Positions 27,742 through 35,681 of a stretch of 42,999 nucleotides of DNA are shown one piece after another. The stretch comes from Planctomycetia bacterium. GTDB taxonomy: Bacteria > Planctomycetota > UBA1135 > UBA2386. Positions within the stretch are counted from its first letter, which is position 1. Each line of letters starts with the position of its first letter. Both the position numbers and the translations under genes were made by a program. The notes under the pieces were generated by a model. That model was not told the origin of the DNA, searched no databases, and saw nothing but the letters and a program-made list of their open reading frames with translations. Where the stretch lies: the NCBI GenBank assembly GCA_005776365.1, contig SXPK01000186.1:1-42999 (forward strand), read 5' to 3'.

Positions 27742-29064
27742 ATGAACCGCCTCCCTTTCCTCCTGCTCGCCGCCCTTGCCGCATCCTGCGGCAAGGGGCG
27801 CGCAGCGCCGGTCGCGAGCCGCCCGGTTCCGCAAGGCGGAGTCGTGGTCGAGGCGGGCCAGAAGCTCCAGGCGATCGTCGATGCAGCGCAAGATGGCGCC
27901 GTGCTGACGCTCGCCGACGGCGCTCACAGAGGGCCTGTAGTCGTCGATCGCGGCATCACCTTGCAGGGCAAGGTGACTGCCTGCATCGAAGGCGGCGGTT
28001 CGGGCTCCACCGTCACGCTGCGTGGCAAAGCCAGCAAGTTGCTCGGCTGCACGATCCGTGGCAGCGGCGATCGACTCGATACGCAGGACAGCGCGGTGCA
28101 CGTCGAAGGCGAAGCCATCGTCGTCGAGGGCGTGCGGATCGAGGGCGCATTGTTCGGCGTGCTGGTGCACAAGAGCAACGCGGTCGTCATCCGTGACAAC
28201 TTGATCCTCGGCAATGGCGCCGAAGCGATGGGCCTCCGCGGCGACGGCATCCGCCTCTGGGAAACACGCGGGTCCGAGGTCTCGGGCAACTTCGTCCGTG
28301 ACCACCGCGACGTCGTCGTCTGGTACTCGCCGAACAACCGCGTCACCGGCAACCACGTCGAACGATGCCGCTACGGGACGCACTACATGTTCAGCCATGA
28401 CAACGTCGTCGAAGACAACGTCTATCTCGATGACGTGGTCGGCATCTTCGTGATGTACAGCCACGACCTCGCAATCCGCCGCAACCTCTTGGCGCGCGCC
28501 TCCGGCTCCGCTGGCATCGGGTTGGGCGTGAAGGAATCCGGCAATCTCCGTGTGGAGGACAACTGGTTCGTCCAGGACACGACCGGCATCTACCTCGACA
28601 CCTCTCCACTCGACCCCCAGCACCACGATTGGTTTCGGGGCAACGTGATCCGGCTGTGCGACACCGCGCTTCATCTGCACGCAAAGACGCCGCGCAACGA
28701 CTTCCGCGACAACCTGTTCGCGGACAATGGCGCCGTCATCGCGGTCGGCGGCGAAGGCGACGCACTCTCGTGTGTGTTCGAAGGCAACTACTACGACGTC
28801 TACCAGGGCTACGACTTGGATGGCGACGGCTTTGGTGACGTGCCGTTCGAACTGCGCCGCTTGTCGAGCCAGATGGAATCGCGTTATCCGGACCTCGCGC
28901 TGCTGCATGGCGCGCCGGTCATGGCCGCCGTCGACATGATGTCGCAACTGGTGCCGTTGTTCGCCCCGCGCACCCTGATGCGGGACTCGCGGCCGCGCCT
29001 GGATGAGCCTTCGCCCGTGTTCGTCCCCGCGCCGATCCTGGAGGCAGAGCGCCATGCGCGTTGA
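27742..29064 (+). CDS. nosD: Nitrous oxide reductase maturation protein NosD
   Basis: Beta-helix repeats; RGDGIRLW; RYGTHYMFS; GNYYDVYQGYDLDGDGFGDVPF; lipobox LAASC. Confidence 0.95.
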   Translation: MNRLPFLLLAALAASCGKGRAAPVASRPVPQGGVVVEAGQKLQAIVDAAQDGAVLTLADGAHRGPVVVDRGITLQGKVTACIEGGGSGSTVTLRGKASKLLGCTIRGSGDRLDTQDSAVHVEGEAIVVEGVRIEGALFGVLVHKSNAVVIRDNLILGNGAEAMGLRGDGIRLWETRGSEVSGNFVRDHRDVVVWYSPNNRVTGNHVERCRYGTHYMFSHDNVVEDNVYLDDVVGIFVMYSHDLAIRRNLLARASGSAGIGLGVKESGNLRVEDNWFVQDTTGIYLDTSPLDPQHHDWFRGNVIRLCDTALHLHAKTPRNDFRDNLFADNGAVIAVGGEGDALSCVFEGNYYDVYQGYDLDGDGFGDVPFELRRLSSQMESRYPDLALLHGAPVMAAVDMMSQLVPLFAPRTLMRDSRPRLDEPSPVFVPAPILEAERHAR

Positions 29065-29932
29065 ACTCAAGAACGTCTGCAAGCGCTTCGGCAAGTTTGC
29101 GGCACTGCAGGATGTGACGCTTGCCTTCGCCTCCGGCTCGCGCACCGCGCTGGTCGGACCCAATGGTTCCGGCAAGTCGACGTTGGTCCGCATGCTGATG
29201 GGGATGCTCGAGGGCGACGGCGAGTTGACTCTCGACGGCCTGGATCCGGCGCAGCGACGCCAGGAGCTCGCGCCCCGCATCGCCTACGTTCCGCAAGTCG
29301 CGCCGAGGTTGTGGGCCAACGTCCGCGACCTGGTGCGCGCCACGGTCGGACTTCGTGGAGGAACGGAGTCGCGCGTCGTTGAGATTGCGGCCCAACTCGG
29401 GCTCGACCTCGAGGCCGTCGCGCTGCGGCCGTTCCGAGCGTTGTCCGGAGGCATGCGGCAAAAGGCGCTCGCAGCAACCGCCTTGGCGTCCGCCGCGGAC
29501 CTGCTGATCCTCGACGAGCCGACAGCCAGCATGGATCCGCGGAGCCGCGCGACCTTTCACCGCCTGCTCGACGACTTGCCGCAGCGCCCCACCGTGCTGC
29601 TCTGCTCCCACCGCCTCGAGGAGATCCGCCGCCACGTCGACTCCGTCGTCGAGTTGGCCGAGGGCAAGATCGCATGGCAGGGCGCATCGCGTGACTGGCT
29701 CGAAGCGCATTCGGAATGCGTGGTCGAACTGAGAACTGTCGACCAGCGAGCCGGCGAATGGCTCGCGCTGCGCGGCTTCTGCCGCGTGCGCAGCGATTGG
29801 TGGCAACTCGCAGTGCCGACCGCACAGCGGGCCGCGCTCGTCAGCGAAGTCATTCGCGAACTTGACGACGCCGTGCTCGACCTCCTGGCGCGAGATCTCG
29901 AGAGCGCCGAACCACAAGCCGTCCCCCTTTGA
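29054..29932 (+). CDS. nosF: ABC ATPase NosF
   Basis: GPNGSGKST, LSGGM, ILDEP, SH; overlaps the nosD end. Confidence 0.9.
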   Translation: MRVELKNVCKRFGKFAALQDVTLAFASGSRTALVGPNGSGKSTLVRMLMGMLEGDGELTLDGLDPAQRRQELAPRIAYVPQVAPRLWANVRDLVRATVGLRGGTESRVVEIAAQLGLDLEAVALRPFRALSGGMRQKALAATALASAADLLILDEPTASMDPRSRATFHRLLDDLPQRPTVLLCSHRLEEIRRHVDSVVELAEGKIAWQGASRDWLEAHSECVVELRTVDQRAGEWLALRGFCRVRSDWWQLAVPTAQRAALVSEVIRELDDAVLDLLARDLESAEPQAVPL

Positions 29933-29941
29933 GGAATGTCG

Positions 29942-30415
29942 ATGAGCCCCTCTGCCCTCGGAACCCGCATCCTGCTCGCCGCTGTCTTCTTGACTGCGGC
30001 AAGCGCGCTCGGGGCCGCAGTCCTCTCCGCGAACGCACTGCCAGATGGTCCAGCGCACGTGGTCTGGGACAAGGCCGCATGCGAACACTGTCGCATGCAC
30101 CTCGGCGAGCCGGCGTTCGCGGCGCAAGTCGTCTGCAAGGACGGGCGCGTCGCATTGTTCGACGACCCAGGTTGCTTGTTCGAGTGGCTCGACACCGAGC
30201 GCCCCGAGGTGCACGCGACATGGTTCCACGAGCTGCGCGGCACGAGTTGGCTGCGCGGCGAAACGGCGATCTTCGAGCGCGTCGAACAAACACCGATGGG
30301 CTACGGAATCGGCGCAGTCGCGCACGCGCACGGCGACGGCGCGACGATGACCTTTGAGCAAGCCAACGCCCATTGCCTCACGAAGAACTCCACCCCGTCG
30401 GGAGTGACCCGGTGA
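29942..30415 (+). CDS. nosL: Copper chaperone NosL
   Basis: CEHCRM, FDDPGC and TPMGYG motifs; N-terminal hydrophobic anchor. Alternative start 29936. Confidence 0.87.
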   Translation: MSPSALGTRILLAAVFLTAASALGAAVLSANALPDGPAHVVWDKAACEHCRMHLGEPAFAAQVVCKDGRVALFDDPGCLFEWLDTERPEVHATWFHELRGTSWLRGETAIFERVEQTPMGYGIGAVAHAHGDGATMTFEQANAHCLTKNSTPSGVTR

Positions 30416-31251
30416 CTTTCGCCACCCAGCTCGCGGTCGTAGCGCGGCTCGATCTCGCGGAAGTGCGCCGCTCACGCTGGCTCGCCTCGTGCCTCATCGT
30501 CCACTTCTTGCTCGCGGCGGCGTTCGTGCTCGTCGGCCTACGAGAGTCGTCGGTGCTGGGTTTCACGGGCATGGGCCGCGCGCTGATGTCTCTGAGCCAC
30601 GCACTCGTGTTCCTGCTGCCGCTGCTGGCGTTGGTCGCGACTGCACAAGTGGTCAACGGCGCACGCGACGATGGCACGCTGGAGTTGCTGCTGAGCCACC
30701 CGGTGTCGCGGCGAGGTTGGTTTGCCGGAACGACGCTGCTGCGGCTGTGCGCCCTGGTCGCGCCACTGCTCGTTGCAATGCCGATCATGGCGATCGTCGG
30801 ATCCCTCGCGTTCGGCCAGGACATCCCGTGGAGCTACCTGGCAAGAACGCTGCTGGTCGGAACCTCACTGCTCGCTTGCTACACGGCGATCGGACTGTGG
30901 ATCTCGACCTTCGTGCGCAACCAGGCCAAAGCATTGATGCTCGCCGTGCTCGCCTGGGCGGCCAGCGTCGCATTCCTCGACTTCGGTCTCGTCGGCATGA
31001 TGTTGCAGTGGCGGCTGCCGCCAGCGTCCGTCTTCTCGATCGCTGCGCTCAATCCAGTCCAGTGCGCGCGCCTTGCGCTGCTCTCGGCGGCGCAGCCCGA
31101 ACTGTCCACCTTCGGTCCCGTGGGATTCTGGCTCGCGAATCGAGTCGGCACGGTCGGCCTGTTCGCGATCGGAATCGGCTGGCCGCTGCTGCTCGGGCTC
31201 ACGACGTGGACGCACGCGCAGGCCCGGTTCTGCCGCCGCGACCTCCTCTGA
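30412..31251 (+). CDS. nosY: ABC permease NosY
   Basis: About 6 TM segments; RDDGTLELLLSHPVSR; LNPV..AR; GTGA overlap with the nosL stop. Confidence 0.9.
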   Translation: MTFATQLAVVARLDLAEVRRSRWLASCLIVHFLLAAAFVLVGLRESSVLGFTGMGRALMSLSHALVFLLPLLALVATAQVVNGARDDGTLELLLSHPVSRRGWFAGTTLLRLCALVAPLLVAMPIMAIVGSLAFGQDIPWSYLARTLLVGTSLLACYTAIGLWISTFVRNQAKALMLAVLAWAASVAFLDFGLVGMMLQWRLPPASVFSIAALNPVQCARLALLSAAQPELSTFGPVGFWLANRVGTVGLFAIGIGWPLLLGLTTWTHAQARFCRRDLL

Positions 31252-31259
31252 GCCACGCC

Positions 31260-31910
31260 ATGAACCCTCTCCCCAGCTCGTTTGCCGACTACCTCGACAC
31301 GCCGTTGCGATTCCGTTCGCGAATCTTCCTCGCACTGCTGGTCGTGCCCCTGCTGTTCAGCCTCGCGCTCCCGCTGTGGCGCATCAGCATGACCGCGCCG
31401 CAGTATCCGAAAGGACTCTGGCTCGACATCCACGCCGGCGGTCTCGACGCAGGCAACCGCGGCCACGACCTCACGGAGATCAACACGCTCAATCACTACA
31501 TCGGCATGGCGCACATCACGCGCGAAGAACTGCGCGACCTCGATTGGCTGCCATTCGGGTTGATCGGGCTCGCTCTGGTCACGCTGCGATGCGCAGCGCT
31601 CGGCAACGTGCGTGCGATCATCGACGTGTCGATGATGGCCGCCTACATCTCGATGGTCGCGTTCGGACGATTCATCTGGATGCTGTGGACCTTTGGCCAC
31701 AACCTCGACCCGAAGGCGCCGGTGCGCATGGACCCCTTCATGCCGGTCGTGTTTGGCAGCAAGCAGATCGCCAACTTCATGACGCACAGCTGGCCGCGAC
31801 CTGGATCCGCCTTGCTGTTCACATTCACGTTTGGCGTTTGGGCGCTGACGGCCTGGTTGCTGTGGAGCGGCAGGGCCAAGGCCCGAAGGTACGCGCTCTC
31901 CGCGGCATAG
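31260..31910 (+). CDS. nosB: NosB-like membrane protein
   Basis: PLWRI...APQYP.GL, EIN.LNHYIGM, FGHNLDP.AP and P.VFGSKQIANF are characteristic of clade II nosB. Confidence 0.88.
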   Translation: MNPLPSSFADYLDTPLRFRSRIFLALLVVPLLFSLALPLWRISMTAPQYPKGLWLDIHAGGLDAGNRGHDLTEINTLNHYIGMAHITREELRDLDWLPFGLIGLALVTLRCAALGNVRAIIDVSMMAAYISMVAFGRFIWMLWTFGHNLDPKAPVRMDPFMPVVFGSKQIANFMTHSWPRPGSALLFTFTFGVWALTAWLLWSGRAKARRYALSAA

Positions 31911-32011
31911 CCGCGGATCAGGATCGAGTCAGTCTGCGCGACGTCCCCATCGGGCACCACGGCCTCGCAGCAGTCCCAGGCGGTGCGCTTCCACGCCGCT
32001 GCCGCTTTGCC

Positions 32012-33010
32012 TCAAACTAGGTCGCTGTCGCCCGAAGTGTGGAACCACTGCTCGCGGTAGAACAGGGTGCCGCGATTGTCGAAGGGGATCACGACGAGGA
32101 AGTAAGTCGTGCCGTAGACCCGGAACCCGAGCGACTGAAACTTCAGGAAGCGCGGATTCATCTGCGGGAAGAGCGTCGCGAGCACGGGGCAAGCCTGCTC
32201 GCTCGCGAGCCTCTCGCAATGGGCCACGAGCGAGGTCATCGCGTCTTCGTCCTCGACCGGACACAGCCAGTCGACGATCTGACCAGCGCCCGGAAACAAG
32301 AAGTCCGTCTTGGTGAACACCGCGACGCCGCGCAACGCGCCAGTCGCTGCCTCGCGACATTCGACCAACGTGTACTTGGCATCGACTGCGTCGGCGTAGC
32401 GCCAGTTCAGATAGCGCGCATCCCGAACGATCGCGAGGCGACACTCGTCCTTCAGCCGGTCCCACAGCGCGTCGACGTCTGCCGACACGCGCGCAACGAC
32501 GCGAGTCTGCAACCGCGCCGACGTCGGGCGGGGCGCAAAGCCGCCGGCCTCAGCCGTGCGAAACAAGAAGTCCCAGTCGCGAATGTTCTCGTAACGGAGG
32601 TACTTCTGTCCGATGCGCCAGTTCGGGATCGGCCAGCCGTAGTGGAAGCGAGCCTGCCCGGGCGCCGAGCCACCGAAGATCTCGTACATCTTCAAGCCGA
32701 TGTGGACGAACAACCCCGGACGCACGCCGTGGCGCCGGAAGTCAGGCAGCACCCACATGTCGAGGCCCTGTGCCGCGATCAGGTCCTCGCCTTCCATCCG
32801 CACGCGCACCGGCAGGCTCGTGTAGCTGCCGATGATGCCATGCTGCTCGTGCTCGGCGACCGCGATGTGGTAGGCGCCGACGGGGTTGTCGCGGAACTTC
32901 CAGTGGAAGTGCTCCAGCGACCGCGGCTTCGTGAACACCGCGTTGTAGCCCGCGAGCAGCGCCTGCTCGTCGCCTTCGCGGAACGCACGGATCGTGATCG
33001 GGTCACCCAT
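32012..33010 (-). CDS. GNAT-family N-acetyltransferase
   Basis: WKFRDNP; DMWVLPDFRRHG...GLF acetyl-CoA-binding motif; RDARYLNWRY; GDSD end. Confidence 0.85.
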   Translation of the reverse strand: MGDPITIRAFREGDEQALLAGYNAVFTKPRSLEHFHWKFRDNPVGAYHIAVAEHEQHGIIGSYTSLPVRVRMEGEDLIAAQGLDMWVLPDFRRHGVRPGLFVHIGLKMYEIFGGSAPGQARFHYGWPIPNWRIGQKYLRYENIRDWDFLFRTAEAGGFAPRPTSARLQTRVVARVSADVDALWDRLKDECRLAIVRDARYLNWRYADAVDAKYTLVECREAATGALRGVAVFTKTDFLFPGAGQIVDWLCPVEDEDAMTSLVAHCERLASEQACPVLATLFPQMNPRFLKFQSLGFRVYGTTYFLVVIPFDNRGTLFYREQWFHTSGDSDLV

Positions 33011-33060
33011 GGCAGTGTTGTTCACTCTATCGGCGCACATCGTGTGCCGCCTCCGGTTGC

Positions 33061-34545
33061 TCACGGCGCCGCATTGCGCGTGTACCACGCTTTGCCGTGC
33101 AGCATCTTCGGCGCCACTCGACCAGGAAGGGCCGCGGCGCGGACTGCGGACGCATCCAGCGAATAGACGCGGCCGTCGACCAGCGACGAAAGCGCCATGT
33201 GCACCATTCTGCCGTCGCCGTTTCCGACCGTCGCCTTGGCGATGTGCGACTGCACGTCGCGCGGCGGACAGCCGTAGCTTTCGTGGTGGTCGTAGGTCCA
33301 ACTCTTGATCTTCAAGGAGTCCAGCGAAGCACCGTCGACCGGCATCGAGAACAACAGGTCGAAGCCAGTTGTCGTCGCCTTTGCCTCGACGAGGTCGAAG
33401 GGCGTCTCGCCGTTCCACCGCAGGCGCTGCAATCCGTGTTCGGATTGGCCGAGCGAGCCCCAGCCGCGATTGGTGAGCCCGCACCAAAGCGAGCCGTCCT
33501 TCGCCCACAGAACGCGCACGATGCCGCAGGCAAAGCCGCGGCGGAACGGATAGCACGCGCCCTGCCAGCGACCCTGCACGCGCTCCAGCGACATGCGGAA
33601 CACTTCGGAGCTGTACTGGTCGCCGCAGAAGACTTGACCGCGATAGGGGCCAAACCGACCGGCGTCATCCCACACGAATCCAGCCGGCGAACGTCCGCAC
33701 TCGTCGTAAGGGATCCACACGGCGGGCAGCCGAAAGTTCGGGATGGTCGTCGCAGCCTCGGACATGCGCAGACCGCTCTTCACCTCGCCTGGATGCGCTG
33801 CCTTGCTGCGCGGGTCCTTGCAAGAGTCGATGCCCCACGGGTGACCGTGAAAGTCACCGCGCTGCAGCGGCGCGAACTTGCTCGTTGCGCACCACTCGCC
33901 CTGATTGTCGCTGTAGAAGACTTCGCCCCACGGCGCCGTGCCGATTCCCGCGGGCGAACGCAGCCCCGCGCACTCACCAGTCCACGAGCCGTCCTTCTGC
34001 ACAGCGATGGCGAAGCCGCGAAACGGAGCGCGGCCAAAGGGCTCGTCGCCAAACGGCTTGTTCAGCGACAGCCACATCGAGCCATCCCCGGCGAGCGCAG
34101 GGCCGAAGCAAGACTCGTGGTAGTTGCCGGACAAGACCCAACCGCTGGCGACGGTCTCGAGATCATCCATGCGTCCATCGACGTCGCGATCGCGCATGCG
34201 CGACAACTCGCCGCGCTGCGCGCAATAGAGCCAGCCCTCATGCTCGAGCAGACCGAGCGGCTCCTGCAGGCCCTCGGCCCACAACGCAAACTTCGGCTGC
34301 GCGGAGTATGGCTCGGTGATGCGCCAGATCTCGCCGCGTCGCGTGCACACGTAAAGGCCGTCGTCACGTTCGGCGATGCCGCCGACTTCGAGCACGACGC
34401 CCTCCGGAACTGGCACGTCGACGATCGTGGCATAACGCGCCTCGCCCTCCACCGACACCGCAGCGACCGGGGCCGGTGAAGCGGGCTCCTGCGGAATGGG
34501 CTCAACGAACACGAGCGACAGGAGCGCCGGCACGAAGTGGATCAC
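33061..34545 (-). CDS. Secreted beta-propeller, glucose/sorbosone-dehydrogenase-like ('large multifunctional secreted protein' type)
   Basis: Signal peptide from GTG 34545; LEVGG, TRRGEIW, EPLGL, GNYHE, GLRSPAG, DNQGEW, FGPYRGQ, QGACYPF, RGWGS. Confidence 0.82.
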   Translation of the reverse strand: MIHFVPALLSLVFVEPIPQEPASPAPVAAVSVEGEARYATIVDVPVPEGVVLEVGGIAERDDGLYVCTRRGEIWRITEPYSAQPKFALWAEGLQEPLGLLEHEGWLYCAQRGELSRMRDRDVDGRMDDLETVASGWVLSGNYHESCFGPALAGDGSMWLSLNKPFGDEPFGRAPFRGFAIAVQKDGSWTGECAGLRSPAGIGTAPWGEVFYSDNQGEWCATSKFAPLQRGDFHGHPWGIDSCKDPRSKAAHPGEVKSGLRMSEAATTIPNFRLPAVWIPYDECGRSPAGFVWDDAGRFGPYRGQVFCGDQYSSEVFRMSLERVQGRWQGACYPFRRGFACGIVRVLWAKDGSLWCGLTNRGWGSLGQSEHGLQRLRWNGETPFDLVEAKATTTGFDLLFSMPVDGASLDSLKIKSWTYDHHESYGCPPRDVQSHIAKATVGNGDGRMVHMALSSLVDGRVYSLDASAVRAAALPGRVAPKMLHGKAWYTRNAAP

Positions 34546-34610
34546 GCGCCGCAGCGTAGTGGCGAGCCGAGCGACGTCCCAGCCTGAGATCGAGCGCTGC
34601 GAACGAAGCT

Positions 34611-35195
34611 TCAGACTGCGAAGGTCTCGAACACTTCTACCGTCGAGATGTGCCGCGCGATGCCGCGGCACCGCGCCAGGATCGCCGGGTCTACGGTCTC
34701 ACGATGCGCTTCGAAGGCCTGCCCCAATCGTGCCGCATGCTCCGAAGCCAGGGCTTTGAGGCACGCCGGAAGAAGTTGATCTTCCTCGCGAGCGATGTGC
34801 TGCCGCTCGCGCCGGCAGAAACCGATGGACGCGTGCGAGAGTCGGTTCGCGTCGCGGCGCGCAAGCGCCTCGAGAATCGTGCGCATCATGCGGCGGCCGT
34901 CCGCGTGCTCGGCTGAGAGGGCCATCACCGAGTCGATGTGTTCCGTCAGACCGAGGCGATGCAGCTCGGGGAAGAGCACGGACTCTTCCTTCTCGTGATG
35001 CAAGCGGTCGAGAAAGTGCTCGAGGAACTCGACGACGCGCCGCCAGAACTCCGGCTCGAGGTTGCTGCCCGCCAGCATCCGTCGCGACTCGCGCTCCATC
35101 GCATCGACGACCGTCAGCATCAGTCGATGCTCGTCGCGGAGGACGGCGACGGGATGCTCAGGCGGGGATCTGTGCCGATTGGTCGATGCGTGCAT
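34611..35195 (-). CDS. Hemerythrin (HHE) domain protein
   Basis: EHRL, HHEKEE..LFP, EH..GR and HIAREE..LLP di-iron ligand pattern. Confidence 0.88.
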   Translation of the reverse strand: MHASTNRHRSPPEHPVAVLRDEHRLMLTVVDAMERESRRMLAGSNLEPEFWRRVVEFLEHFLDRLHHEKEESVLFPELHRLGLTEHIDSVMALSAEHADGRRMMRTILEALARRDANRLSHASIGFCRRERQHIAREEDQLLPACLKALASEHAARLGQAFEAHRETVDPAILARCRGIARHISTVEVFETFAV

Positions 35196-35681
35196 GCGAA
35201 AACCCACTGGGAGCCGTGAGGATCGTGACCAGCACAACGTCGCTTGGGAAGCGCGGCTTTCGTGCAAATCGATGAAGCTTCTGTGCACCGACGGATTTCC
35301 CATGGGGACATTGCAGACGCGTCCAGCAGCCAAATCTAGAACGGCTGCACACGAAGGCCCTGCCAGCATCGACACGTCAAAGCAGTGCGAACGATGTCGA
35401 GTCCACGGACGCGCCGCTATTCGCACGACGCCCGGATCGGCCGCGATGCCAGGGCATCCTGGTCCGCGCGAGGCATCGTCGCAGTCGGTGATGCGACGTC
35501 CGGCGCCATCGCAACCATCGCGCACGAGACTCCGCCGAGGTCAGACGCATGCCGCCAGCAAATGGCGGCCAGGCCCCGCGTCCCCACTCCAACTCTCGAC
35601 CAACAATGCGTCGCCGATCCTCTCATGCACGAGCTGAAGAAGCCGCCACGTCCGGGTGAAGGCTTGGCCAGCGACGGGCTC

